From the NCBI GenBank assembly GCA_003344405.1, contig NOWV01000143.1:62001-126000 (forward strand): a DNA stretch of 64,000 nt. Direction: 5' to 3'. Positions 40,631-55,500 of the stretch are shown in pieces; the stretch's first letter is position 1, and the number at the start of each line of letters is the position of its first letter. The stretch comes from Trichoplax sp. H2. Taxonomy: Eukaryota. The notes under the pieces are model-generated. The model saw only the letters and a program-made list of their open reading frames with translations, was not told the origin of the DNA and made no database searches. Position numbers and translations under genes: made by a program.

Positions 40631-40656
40631 TTCAAATTTCGAATAAACCGCCGCGC
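40631..40656 (-). promoter_or_regulatory. CDE/CHR tandem element, likely the GCNA promoter
   Basis: The minus strand reads GCGCGGCGG-TTTA-TTCGAA-A-TTTGAA: a GC-rich CDE, a 4-nt spacer, then two CHR hexamers. Confidence 0.55.
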
Positions 40657-41464
40657 TACGGAGCTTGCGTATAACTGCTGGGGACTCAAATGGACGATGG
40701 TTATGATGCCGCTAAGCCATTATGAACTCGAAGGGCTGCACTCTTTTTTCGAGCATGTAAATCCTGCAAATTCGATCATTCATTTATATATGTATAGAGC
40801 GAAATGTCGTCATATTTATACACGAATTCAATGGTATAAATTTGATTTTTATCCATGGCTAAAGGAAGAACATATTCAAGCTATGGTGTAACTTGTCAAC
40901 TATAATCTCATACTAGCAATAGACCACACTGCACAGTACTGTTTGAGAAATAAGCCTATTTCACTATAGACGCTATGCTAACATTTTTTAGGTACGAGTA
41001 AGTTCACTGATTTGGCAAAATGTTTTATATTTGAAGTTAGTAAATCAGGCAAGAAATATCAAAATGTCAAAGCTATATCATTGCAAGTAGAATTTCGTAA
41101 AGGCCAATTTCTTACTTGGAAATTCGCTCTGCAAGCATGCCTTAATCGAAGCCAATTTCAAGCTCTAGCTATTGGATACTGTATAGCAGAGCACCATAGC
41201 AGCCTATTTGGATAGTAAAACAGTAGAAAACAGTTGCAAAAAGATATTTTATACACGTTCGGGTAGACTATTATTATTAATTCATTCTACATGACTAAAG
41301 GCATTAGAAGTGAAAATATAAAAATAGTTGCTGTTCTTTCTCGAAAAGTAAATACGACTGCCATCAACCTAGCATAATCATGGATGCATTTGAACATTTA
41401 GGTTGCTACTAGCAGAACGAATTACGGCGTAAGTTCGCTGCAATGCGATAGGTGTCTACTCTTA

Positions 41465-42065
41465 GCATAACCACCTGATGGTTAAATCGAAATCTTAAAT
41501 GCTATTTGCAGAAGTAAATAAATTGAGTGAATGTGATAGTCAATATGCGAGTTAACTATCTATCTTGATTACCAGTGGTGGTTAATACTGAAATCTTAAG
41601 TACTACTGGCACTACCAAATCATGGAAAAAAGTTTAGTAAACTGGACAGTCTTGATATACGAGTGCCATTATGATAGCCAGTGATGGTTCATATTAAAAT
41701 CTTAACGGCTACATGCAGAGCTAAATCATGGAATAAGTTTAGTAAATGAAAGAGTCTACGTGCATCTACGAATCTACTATTATTATAAACAAGGATGGTT
41801 AATTTTGATCGCTACTTGAGGAACCAAATCATGGCATAAGTTTAGTGAAAGATTTAGTCAATGTAAATATTCGAGTCTATTGTTATTATAACCAGTAATG
41901 GCTAATAATGAAATTATTAAATAGTACTTGTAGAACCAAATCATAAGATAACCTTAGTGAATGAGGTAGTCCTTATACGAGTATATAATCATTACGTCTA
42001 GTGATGGTTATAATTGAAATCTTAAATTGTAACTTACAGAATCAATCATAGCTTAAACTCTACTG
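41465..42065. repeat. Degenerate tandem repeat, ~105-bp unit, about 6 copies
   Basis: (CAG)TGATGGTTAA...GAAATCTTAA...AACCAAATCATGG...AAGTTTAGT recurs near 41476, 41573, 41679, 41791, 41893 and 41999. Confidence 0.85.
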
Positions 42066-45000
42066 TTATGAAATATTCTAAATATACAGTATAAACTACA
42101 GACAGTGACGATTGATGTTGCTATATTTCTATTTAAACATTCATGAAATACTCTAGATCCGAGCAAGACTGCAGTATACAAGTAGTACAATAATACATAT
42201 ACCTATAATTTCACTAACGACGACATTGTTATCCTTGTCAAGTGATAATTCTGAGCTGGTTGAGCGATTAAAGCCTGTTTTGTATTCCATTTTTTCCCGA
42301 GTTAATTATCTTACTGTATGATACTGAATGTTAAAATGCCTACATTCTTAACATTCTATTTATATGTAGCATGGAAACAAACTGTGCCGATTAACCTGTT
42401 TTAACTAAAATAGACTAGTTAATAAACGCTCTTTTCCATTAAGAAATCATAGCAGCTAAAATGAGATACTAGCCGAGAAAAAAGTCGACTGTTCTAAGTA
42501 TGATTTAATTATTCATAACTATTCATCAAATCTGTTTTTTCCCGAATGTTTCAGATTAAATATAAGATAAACCAGTGGAATAGATGCCATGATTGACAGA
42601 TAATACTAATGATATGCAGTAAATTGGTATGCAATGAAATTTATAATATAGTCAAAATATTCAGCAATACAGCTTTTAACACAATCGTCGCTCGTATAGT
42701 GCCGTATTAATCGCGACTTATAAGCGATATTTTTTCGTTACAAACTATGAATTATTCTCCTTATACTTATTCAATCAACACCCACTACAGTCTATAATGC
42801 ATTGACGTTTACTGAAGTATGCATGAAAAAAGTTTTAATCAAAAGCTAGTATCAAGAACAATTATCATGTTATATCCTCACTATTGTACAATGCGCACGT
42901 ACGATCGTATCAATATCCTTGCCCAACACATAGCAAGAATAAGATGGAAAAAAGTATTATATTAATGAAGATAAACTCATGCCGATGATACCAAAAACAG
43001 TGAAAAATTATAATTTTCCATTATATAACCATATATATATATATATATATATTCTTCTATAATTATTATCTAACCAAGCAGACATTGACTAATAGTTTAA
43101 TACAAGGACAATAGCATCCGTAAAAGACGTTGAAAAGATCTTACGAGTTATCGATACTGATGTAAATGCATGTTTTATAATGTCGATAATATTACAGTTA
43201 CATTATGATTCGGATTCCTTGTTCTTTAATCTCCAGGCATCAAACAATAAAATCAATCAAAACTCGATGTAAAATGTAGCTGTTAAATCATAATTTTTAC
43301 GAATTAAACTGTATAATATTTCCAATCTATCATACTATCTTCCACTATCTTAAGTTCTTTTATGGCAACTACAATCAAAAGTAATATAGACCTCTACTAT
43401 AATCCCCCTTTTAAGTTGTATCTGTCGTACCATTTCTTAAATAGCCACCCAATGTATTGGTATGACTTATAAAAAAGGCATAAAATACAATTCAGATTAA
43501 TCAAAATAATTTTATTACTTTTTCTTGTTCTAGAATTACATTTTAGCTTCTTGATCCGATGCTCAAATATAAATTTAGCAATTATTAATTAGGTCAAGAT
43601 GACATGGCTCTGAATCAGAAAAACTGGTTATTCATCTAGATACGTCTTGGCATACTTGATAATAACCCTAATTCTATATATCTTATCTTCCATTATAGCT
43701 CTTTATTACAATAACAATATCATCGCTTTATAATGATAGCCATTGTGGCTAATATGTAAACAAAACGTGATAAGGAAAGGATGATAAAGTATCGCGTTGA
43801 ATATCGCCTATCATTGATTATTATTATGCTTACTGAACACTTCTATGATTAAATCTTATTCTACGTTCCGTTATATAACAAATTAAAATGTTAGGATGCT
43901 GATAATATTATCAATTTAGTAGAATAATGAAATCAATCGGATAGAGTAAAAGCAACACCACAAATACCCTTTTCACTTTCAACTTGTAATAAAATATATC
44001 AACGTAGTCCGCCAAAAAAGTCTTTCTTCGGGGTCATAGTTACAAATTTAACCCTATTGTCGGCGTTATAGCCAGCTGTTGGGTCAGGTGGTGTTTGCCA
44101 TAAGAAGGAATGCTTTGTGATCAATGAATGGTATTGTCTACACTCTACACATTATTAGTTAGCTATTAACTCTTACTAGTTATTCTATTTACTCTCTATC
44201 AGCTTGTATGCAGTTGAGCATGGATAGAATTTAATTCTATCAATAAACTTAGTCAATGCATGGTGGTATAGTTCAATGAGGAGTTGCTATCATGATAACA
44301 AATTGGAAGGCTATGCTAATAGTTCCTCTAGCTATCTGATTATAAGTATAATTAAATACCCGTAGATAGAATCACTGATACAATTAATTTTTACCATATT
44401 TCACATCTACTTACTCTTCTTTATCCTATTCTAATTAATCATTTACTAGATTAAAATGAATAACAGACTGAGATAGATGTTCAAAATTTACGCCTTTATC
44501 AATTTCTTTTTAGCATTTCAATCTATTAAAGAGGGCTAAATATTATCAAAGGTTGAATTTAATACCAAAAATAGAATTATATTCAATTTCAATAATCGAG
44601 TTAATATATAACATGGAAATAGCGAACAAGAGTTTTGTGGTATGTTTATTCCTATCCAATAAGATTGATTTAGAAAAAAAATGTTGGTATATAGTAGATA
44701 CTAGACATAAAACATATCGGGAATCGCTGGAATAGTTGAAAATTAAAGTAGTTATTGTATCACTGGATAGTTTAAATAATCAAAATTAATTACTCTATCA
44801 TGGTTATAACCGATGATAGGACGATTAAACAATAAATGTCGATGAAAGAGTAAATGTTGAATATTGTTTATCACCAAAGCAGGTGTGAGGAAACTGCTTG
44901 TATGCAGACATAAGCCGACATACCAAAACATTATGCTAGACAAGGAATCTCCGCTGTAGACATTCACAATTTTTGATAGTTACAAATACAAATTAATGAT

Positions 45001-48000
45001 ATCAAGTAACTATCTACTCGATCTACTAAACCATCATTAAGATTTAATTGTGATCTAATCTGGTTAAATATCGTCACATCATGATGTGTAATAGAATTTT
45101 ACCGATACAAACTCAATCTTAGCATGGGATTATATATTATCTGCAAATGATAAATGTTATTCAATGACTAGGATATGAGACTATTACCTTTACAGTAACA
45201 TAAATGTTAAGTTAAAAGTTTCGAAGTACAGTATCGCTATTGATAAACCGTTTAACTCGCCCAGAGCACTTAATCGGTTAAATAGCTTAATTGAGCCATA
45301 GGGAATACAAAATTAATATTACGGTGGTAGCATAAAGAATCAATATTTTATTGCAATCGGCTTGAAATTGAGTAATCTTGACTCTAACCTCTTTGATGTC
45401 GAATCGAGCAAGATCACAATTACAGTTTATGACACATTTAACTCCATCATGGATAAGAAATACAATTCCAATATAGAACGTTACGATGAAAGTGAAATAA
45501 TACGCAACATGTCCCCAATATCTAGACTGACTCATTCAACCTTGTTCATTTTGAAGTTTATGTAATATATCATCAATGTTACAGTGGTGTTTAATTGAAA
45601 CAAATCGTAACGTATGCCACATCAAATGAACAAAGGCATCACTTTATCCTTCGAATGGGCGACAATATATCTTTTCTAGTCCAATATTTGGCCATTGAGC
45701 AATAATTGTACGAATCAGTTTGGATTATGATCTTAATTTATAATAGATGATCATCAATTAATGCTGACACTTTTTGCGTAAAAAGCTGTATGGCTAACTA
45801 AATTGTTGATTCGACAGAGATTGTAAATGGGCTATCAAGCTCAAATTGAACTGTAGCATAAATGGCACCTACTAACTGAAGATATGACAGTACCATACAT
45901 CATAGTAGATTGTAGCATGTCATCATTTTATGTCCTTTATTTATTTCTACCATCTTCATCAATCGCTACGGCCACAGGTACAGTAATGATGATGATACTA
46001 AAATAATCTCTCATTGAGTTAATGGAAAGATTACATAATGAACATCAATCCTAAATTAACTGTATATTAAGCTAAACAGTAGGTTATTGGTAATTTTGTA
46101 TTTACAATTGATACTATTCATAGCAACTAAATATTTTTATAGTGACAGAAACTACACTTAAACGCAATATTCAACGTATTACGCTACCGATATTATGAAG
46201 CGGTTATTATAGTGATAAGTTGAAATTAAGTTTAGATCTAAATAAGGAACTAGGCATACAATATAGTATGGCCTAATGTTCCCATCTTCAGAATGTTCAA
46301 ATTTTTCTTGGCAATCTTACAGTTTATTGCTATGTATTACTCTCTTTCCTTTGGTCAGCCTATTATCAATTTAGCTGTTTTAATACGATCAAGAAGAAGA
46401 AAATAGTTCTTGTCGCTATGAGCTTAAACAGCTACCCATGAATCAACCATCCCATGCCTACATGAAAATGTGTAAAAGAGGTCTTTTACGCATAGCTTCC
46501 TTTGGTAGGCAGTCCATACATAGATATAAATCAGACCGTGTCATTGTTCAGTTATAGTCCAATGATTGACAAGATAATACAAAAATCGCTTTAAATTTTA
46601 AAATTTTCAGCGAGATGGCTTGGTCTCTAAGCTATTCTCTTTCTTCCGTACAAAAATGTTGTATCTAAGTGAAAAAAAAATAGTACTACAGCATGGTTAG
46701 AACAATTTCAAACAATCCTATCGGTATCAATGATGCTGTGTCGGTATTAAAAGAAAAGCAACATTGAATTTTGCTTGACTTTCCATGTCTATGGTATTGG
46801 ATACCTTTTGATGCTTTACTTTAACAGGCTCAATTTCAATTGTACTTGTATGAAATAACTTCAATAATGTTACTAATTTGACTAGTTTAACATGGTGATA
46901 GTAAACTAGACTGTTGCATGTTACGATGTAAATGGTATGATGTTTCTAACGCGAAGTACATAGGTTTCCAGTATGATTGATAATTAATCTCATCGATAGC
47001 ATTTGTGATTGAATTTTGCGTAGCATGTTCGTCGTGGTGGATAGTATGCTCAATCAATTTGAGACTTTTTCTATCATTTCGGTCTAAATCGATACCCGTA
47101 GTATGAGAGCAATGTCAAAGGGAAAAGTTGCTCTATCCATTTATTTCGATTACTGTAGCTTCTATTGTGTTGACAGCATCGATTAGTCTCTATCGATACT
47201 TGAATGGCAGCGTTTGGCGAAATAGAAAGTACAAGAGGGCAAATCTTCCATGGCTACTTTGGCAGTCTACCAAGTTGTGTTGTGGTAGGAAAATCATGCT
47301 TATATAAACAAAATGAACTTGGATTTCAAATTGATAACAGATCGTGTTGGTGGGGAACAAGGAGCATGGTGTTGTCTGCAATTTAGGCAATACATTATCT
47401 TTTGGTAGGGAGCGGTGGCTGATGAGAATTTATTGATTATTAGCATATGAGTACCGTAATGCTATTGTATGTCGTGTGGATGGTGACAAAAAACTAACAA
47501 TTCAACTCCATAGGGGTATAGTATAGGAAATTGTATAAATAGAAAGTAATCGGATCCTGTAAAATTGAAGGGTAAACTATAACAACATGTCTTGTTCGCC
47601 ATGCCGACCACATGACTGAATCAATCGATGAAGTTGTTCGCATACGATAATGGTGATTCGTCATGATCATGAAAGAGTTGGACAATTTGCATTGCTGACG
47701 CAAGATATGAAAGAGATGGAAAAAAAAAAAATAATTTAACAAGTCATAATAGAAAGAGACCCTTATGAATAGAAATCAAAAACAAAATACTGTCGATCTA
47801 TCCAAGTAGAGGAAGGAACACTACTGATTTCTTTTGCCTACACATGGAAGTATCGATCGATAAGTAGAACTTTTGATAAATGAATAGTGATGGACATTTA
47901 TGTTTTTGCAAGAGCGGCAAGTATCCATGTAACGGAAAGAATAGTATAATTAATTTGAGTTAAGTCATAAAGACGATGAGGCGAGAGTGGATAAGATAAT

Positions 48001-49252
48001 TACTGTCATTTTCTCATCGACTACTGCAAATAGATGATGTTGGAGTGGTTGATGATCATTCATTTTTTGGGGGGATCAAATCCATTTTCACTTTTTGCTG
48101 ACTCTAGCCTACACCAGCCAGCCATTGCCCTAAGTCGATCTCTTCCTTTCCCTCTTGATCATGACTGTGCTCTCTCCCCCAATGTCAATATTAACACGTC
48201 GTCAAGATTGACCGTTCCCTTGGACAGAGACGATGTTGATGAAAGCATGATTGCAACTCATCATGTCGTGATTAACTCCGATTGGAAATCATCATTGAAG
48301 TCGTTATTATTTTTGGGGGGGACTTGGAGTATTTTTTGCAACTAAAGTACTCGCGTGCCTTGGATAATCAAAATGATCTTAATAGCGTTTTACGCCACGG
48401 CGCTGGTTGAATACAACCATTGTAATTACTTTTGAAGCCAATCATTGAGTAGCGCACCAATCAGCAGCATGCTATTGTTGACCCTTGAATACAAGGTAGA
48501 GAGTCTGGCGGCAGTATCCACCAATCAACGCCATAAAGAGGTCCAAATGATTGACGTTTGCAACCAATGTCGTCCGTTAATGATGATGATAGGATAGAAG
48601 TTAAAAGCAACCAGTGGTGAACAATCAAACCGATGAAAAATGTGAAAAGAATGCCATTGAAAAGAAATCAACAACAATAGCGTGCAAAAAATAAAAACTG
48701 AAAAGATTCCAACAGCAACAATGGGATAATAAAAAAATAAAATAAGACACACGCTCACATTCGTTAGTTCAACTTGTATAACTTTGAAGTTGATCAATCA
48801 AAAAGTGAAAAATAAAAAGGAAAACTTTGTGTAAAAATAAAAATAATCATCATCATCATAATAATAATCATTCTACACTTGGATTGGACATGTTATTTTT
48901 CGATCGGCTAGTTTTGTTCATTGACTAACTGACTGATTTCATTCCACTTGGACTCACAGTACGGTAGTAATTGCTCGTTGTTAGCCAATAAGCGCAATCG
49001 ATACATTCACTCATAGCCTTCCAATCGTCATGTTGATCCAATGGTACACCGTATGATCGTTCTACTCAATAATTACTTGCAAATTGTACTTGGTTGCTAT
49101 TGAATAATACAAGATCCAAATTGAATTAATCGAAGAGAAATCGACTACAACTCCATCTCCGGTATTATTGGCCTAATCACTTCTAGTGTCGGTGTAAAAA
49201 AGACCTTTGACAACACATACCGTTTATGCATATCCAAGTCGATACATATGGA

Positions 49253-49362
49253 TATATAAAAGAGAAACAAGCAGTCCCAGTGTGTGTCAAGAGTGTAGAA
49301 GAGAGAGAGAAAGAGACAGAGTCAGAGAGAGAAAGTCAGAGAAAAGAGACAGAGAAAGAAAA
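49253..49362 (+). promoter_or_regulatory. TATA box and GA-rich 5' leader of the Q-rich gene
   Basis: TATATAAAAG at 49253-49262, Inr-like CAGT about 30 nt downstream and an (AG)-rich tract at ~49296-49362. Several CCAAT motifs lie upstream (48458, 48522, 48985, 49021). Confidence 0.5.
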
Positions 49363-49502
49363 TAATTGTCAACTTGAGTTTCATTTTTTCTTGAAAGTCG
49401 ATTGATTAGTAACAAGAAAGAAAAAAAATTCAATCATCCAAGTAGTGCAATCAAATCGAGGGTCAAGTCGACATCAATGAATTTTCATTGTTACCACCTA
49501 CC

Positions 49503-52500
49503 ATGAACGAGAACAGAACCGTTACGACCAGCCATGATGATAAATATTCGGAATTAGTTGATCCATGCCGTAAGTTTCTCCAACTTGATTGATTGATGTT
49601 TTGATGTTAATAACGGTAGTAAACGATAAGCGTGAACTAGGTCAAGATTGTCATCGGATAGACTTATCCTAGGCTTGTATATAGTCTATTGAAATACAGT
49701 CGACTCGCAAACAGACTGATGTCAATACTCATAACATAGAGATCGATAGAACCAATCGATCAACATGACTGACTGGCTTACATAGACATATAGTACAAAA
49801 TTGATATCAAAAAGTTGACGTAGATAGGCAGCAATCGATTGAGATAGATTAATCAATCTAGATTGATAGCACAGAAAGGATACGTCTACCGTAAGTAATA
49901 TTGGGTGAAGAGTTTAATATTGTATCGACTATAGTATTCTAGCGCCATTCTAGACGACGACAGTCAATATTCATATCATCTATTTCTATCAGTAATTCTA
50001 TAATTTAATCAACAAAATAAGGTATGATGACGGGTTGATCATCATTAAATAAGCCATGACTATAGTTTAATCCAGTTCATCAAGCTCATTGATATCCTGT
50101 TTTTAATCCCTTTTACGTATATTATTGCAGCAAGTCTTACCTACGAGATGAGTTCAAGAATTGAAAAATGAATCAACGAATTCTAATTTCCACTTGCCTG
50201 TATCTACTGTACTTACTGTCCAACTAAGCTACGTTAATTTCATCTCATGTAAACAATATCGATGATCATGTTACACTACTGTAAGCTAACAGTTAGTGGA
50301 AGGTGCCATATTCATCCATCTATCTAAAGTTTTTATATTAAGTAAACTTCAATCTCAATAATCATAGTGGCCCAATCTATTACAAGAGGTATTATTGCTA
50401 CCTTAGGATTGATTATTTAATGAAAGTAATCAGCTATGACACGCACCAGCGTTATTTTTATCTACACTTTATGACTAATATTAGCGTATACGAATATATA
50501 TGGATCGATCGATAGAGTGCAATCAGTAGTTGTACTAGTAGTTATAAACCACAAGATAGGATCATTCCCTGGAAAGATTGCTTCATTACCGTTACTAGTA
50601 AATAAATGGCGTGTCATTAACCCATTTGGATAGTCAATAGGGATATACCGATTATCTTATACAAGAATATCCCAATTAGCTTAAGTGTCACACACCAGAG
50701 TTATATCAATCAAGTATAAAATATTCATATTACATTATTTTGATACGCCAAGTGAGAATGCAATAATCATCATCAAAATGAAACGTAGTACTACCGCTGT
50801 TGTCATTACTAGATTTGCAATGACATTATCATTAATCAATTTTATATTTAGTAATTGACTATACGTCCATTAATAGAGTAAAGCATTTTTTTTTTCTATT
50901 CCCTTTACTTGGTTCCGCTTTCTTGATGATTATTATATGGTTCTGTAATTGAAATTGTTGTCGTTAATATTTTGTCCGTATCATATATATCCTTGCTATC
51001 ACCACTTCCATTTCTTGGATTAAGCATATGAATATTATACTTGCATATTATTTGGCTAACAAAGTGATTATCATGCAACATAAAATACAAGATGCTTACG
51101 TTTATTCTTAGTTTATATAATATCTATGGTAATAAGTGTTCAAATCGATACATTCAAACAAACTAATGGCGATTTTTTTTTTAATCGTATGAATCGATAA
51201 TAATCATGGGGTTAATCGATTAATTGACTACACTCTAAAAATATACCAAATACAGAAAATCAGAGTAAGTTAAATCAAGAACAACTAGCGAAACAGATAT
51301 ACGAATTACATCCTGGAATGGCTTTGAGAAAGCAGCAAAATCAAACTAACCCCATTATCAGAAATACTACAACTAACATACCCACACACGACAAAACAGA
51401 ACAAAATCCATTCAACCATGTGGCATCGTATCAAAACGATCTCACCAAGGTAAGCCCACCTTAGTATGAATTTCCTATACTCCATTACGATTACTTATTT
51501 TTATATTTAAGTTGAAGGATGAGGTCGTAATCACTGATGGCAAATTGTTTCCTTGTTAGACTTTAATGAATATTTATTTTTCTTCCTTTAAGTTTTTAAA
51601 GTATTCAGACACTTATTTTTACGATAACATGTTTTTGATAATTTAAAATTTTGCTGATTCTTATGTTTACTGTGCTTGATTGATCTGTTACTTATGCTTG
51701 CTAAATACTTATAAACGGTATGAAGGAATTTTATAAGTTACCATCTATAGATCGATACCATGATATTAGTACGAATATCACACTGCGACATTACTGGAGA
51801 TTTATAGCCATAAAAATAATTAAGTTATCCTGGTAATGGAAGTTTCAGACATAAAAATAGTACACAAGTATGTTATGATTAAGTTATTTGGGGAAGTACT
51901 TATAAATTGCTTTCGATCAATTCTACGGGTTCACTTTGAAGACTGAGTGTCTGAGTAAATCATTTTTATTAGACGGCTTACCTCCTATATTGATTTGGCT
52001 AAGACTTTTGCTTATAAAATCTTAAGCAAGGCCAGCTAACATTAATCATAGTTATTCTCGAGTAGCACAAAAATTGATGTTGTAGATGCTGCTGTATGAG
52101 TTGGGAAGACACAATGGCGCTTGATAGCTTAATGCCTGTAAATCTATGTTATATTTGCTAAATAAGAGATGGATTTGTGTTTGCATAATATGAAAACATA
52201 AAAAGAAGTAAGAAACAGACTGCTGGAGATGTAATAAATCTAGTAATGGATGAGATAAAGCGATGATTGTTAAGGATTGAACAATTATCGACATAGTGAA
52301 ATTTTACTTCTAGGATAAAACTGGTTGGACACGTTGTCTAGGATAACTATAATAATTTATAAAAGTAAGATTGCACAGCTTTGAAACGTCTATATCCGAT
52401 TTAGATCATCTACAATCAGGGTATAATTTAACTTTAGTAGAACCATGTACATGTAATGGACGACAAAAAGTTAATGTATATTGTATAATCATGAAGGGAA

Positions 52501-55500
52501 TAATTCCTTAAAAAATTATACAGTAGCAGTTTTTTCTTGGTTGTTCTATCGCCTAATAAATTGCCTTGATAGCGATTTAATGCCTAACGAGAATTGCTGG
52601 GTTTATCGAAAATAGGAAGAAAAGCCATTAAATAGGATAATTTAATGGTTTAACGACAACAGCACAACGACAAGCATATCTTGATTACTCTACAACAGAT
52701 ATACATAGATGTACACCTCCACGAGTAAAGATAGATTAAAGATATCTTATGTGTTATGCCAAAGGAATTAGATTACAGTTACAAGGTATCAAAGGTATTG
52801 TAGTCAAGTTGTCAACTGGAACACCTTGACCTAATCATTGGATAACGAAGTTGGAAGTTTCAGCCTTTTGACTTACAAGTAGCTTAACAGGAGCTTCGGT
52901 GGGTCGTCTTATTGAATACAGCAATTTTTTTTTTAGGAAGAGATGATATAATATTTAAACCACTTATTTAGTTAGGGACTTCGATAAGACTTAATCATAA
53001 CTTCCTAGTTTGTTAATCTATAAAGAAATTTAAAAATTGATCTTTGGTATAAATTGTACAAAAGACCATGATACAGTAGGGAATTAGTGGATCTTTTCTT
53101 CTCACAATAACAGAACTAGCTTCGCTTCTATTTATTGTTTATGTCATATGAGCATTTAAATTATGCTTCTTCCTTTAAATGATCAGTTGCTGACTTCCAC
53201 TGGATTCCGTTACATGCATTGCTAAGTAAGAGTACATGTTTTAATCCTATTAAGTCCAAATATTAACTCTCTAAGATCAAGTTAAGCAATGTATGATCGT
53301 GCGCAATGAAAAATCGGCTCACAATATTTGATTTCTTTCTTAAGGAGTTTAACTATTTTGGAGGGAAAATAGGTATTGATCTATTCAGTAGACATTAAAG
53401 CGTTGATAGATAACTAGTGAACATTTAGTTGACTAATTAAATTTTATTTTATTTATTCTAACCTAAACAAATGTATAACGGTATTGTTAACGGCAATCAG
53501 TATTTTTGTTCCTGAAATAAGAACCATAAAGTAGACTTAAATGATATAGAACTACCGTAAATAAGGTTGCAAACCAATGAAATAGATTTAATCGAGTAGT
53601 TCAAAGAACTAGTTCGAGGTTTCTCTTTTGCTTTAGAAAACGCATATTAATTTTTTTGAAAAGTAATTGAGCTAACTATATCTTGTCAATATAATTTAGT
53701 TCAAATAAGAAGGTAAGATGCATATGAACTGAGAATTAAAGTTATGTATTGCGAGCTATAAGCTTTATTTTTACAGTTGGTACTTGTTTAATTTTATAAC
53801 TTATGACTAACGATAAGAGAATATATTCTATTAAATTTATACATTGAAGGAACCTTAGTACATTTCTATGCCATATGTTCATATCTAATCTTCAATATCA
53901 GTTAGAAAAGAATATACAACTTACGAGAACGAGTTGTTCTCTATAGTACAATTGCTATGTAAAGATAATACACGTTTTAGCAAATGAAAAAGGAATTTAC
54001 TTCCTTTAGATACATATTAGTGTCGTTAACAATCGTCATATTAAAATTGCGGCGAAAAAGCCGGATAGGAAGTTTAATGATAAACGACCTAGAAATACAA
54101 CGTAGAAAATATATCATATCACAATTTGTTCAATATTATAGTCACTTTCTCCTAAGCGAAGCCTGTTATACAGTCAATTTTGGCAAAGTATCCATCATTT
54201 AAACCATTCTTTAAAATTTTAAGAAGTAGAAGAATGATATACAGTCGTTACTTGTGACCAAAAAATAGATAGAATTGCTATTTCATCAATTTAGCGTCGA
54301 AAGTAAACAAAAGTGTCATATCCTAAGTAAGATTGCAATGGTTGAACAAATTAAGCCATAATATCGTAGGAGCTATAGATACCCTAAGTAATATTCAATA
54401 ACTAGTTAGTGTAGTAAAAATCAAGTAATTGTTACATTGAGCAAAAGTTATTATTTCTATTCCTTTAGTACAGTTCTATTAGTCAAGTATTAATAAAGTG
54501 CAAGATTGTTGGATCAACTTTATCTAAAAATTTAATTGACAATGTATTTTATTTAACCTAAATAGCTTAATTAACGTCAAAACTAAGTTCTAGAATACTA
54601 CAAATAGCTGGTTCGAGGCTTACAGAGTCAATGATTACAGTATAGTCATACAGTAACTTATTCCTCAGGTATTATATGAAATGCTTTCAATCAAACCAAA
54701 GCATATGAAAGTCGTATCAAGAGTAGTAAAAAACTAACTATACCATCTGGTTACAATAATAGAATGCATTTTAAAGTCCAAAATAAAATACTACCGATTT
54801 TGCCTTGTAAAAAGATGTAAAATTGATCAAATTAATGTTTTATTTATTAAAATTGTATTTTCGGAAGTCGATAATTGTATAGAAAGTACCGATTCACAAT
54901 TAAAGATGACAGTAGAAACGAGACAACTGCCGACTGTATTAGTTTAATGTTATCTTATTATTATATTCTAATTGAGGACTGACTTACAATTCAATAATCA
55001 AATCACCTGATTAAGAAAGAGAGAAAATATTGATGTGGAGGTTAAAATTGTAAACTTTATTGGTAAACAAGTCAAGTTTGACTAGCCAATCGGTTATAAA
55101 AAATCTTAGTTCTTCAAATAGTAGCCATCACTCGGTAGCATATTCTTCAAAATAAAATTTTGCCCACAATGAGGATGCGTTGAAGTAGTAATTTACCCAT
55201 AGAATTTCTATTAAGTACTTTTTCAACTAGAATTATAATAGAAGGAAGGACTATTTTATCAACTGTTAGAGATTTATTCAAGCCACAGTCTATTAGAACA
55301 CCATACGCCTACTCGAATTATTTTACTTAGATACTGAGCTATGAATAACTCTTACAACGGCAAGTAAAGATTAGGGCAATAATGTAGAATTCTCCAATAG
55401 AAAATAGTATTGCACCTAGTTAATACCAGAGGATTGTAATTGTTATATTTCTCTTTGATATCAAAGTTTAATTAAAAACATGCTTTTAGATCGTAATACA

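Noticed and set aside
43999-44140. Minus-strand exon-like stretch RQYHSLITK...KKDFFGGLR*
   Set aside because: No convincing upstream exon or recognisable family, and no repeated neuropeptide cleavage pattern.
45362-45565. 67-aa plus-strand ORF with protein-like composition
   Set aside because: No clear splice context or homology I can recognise.
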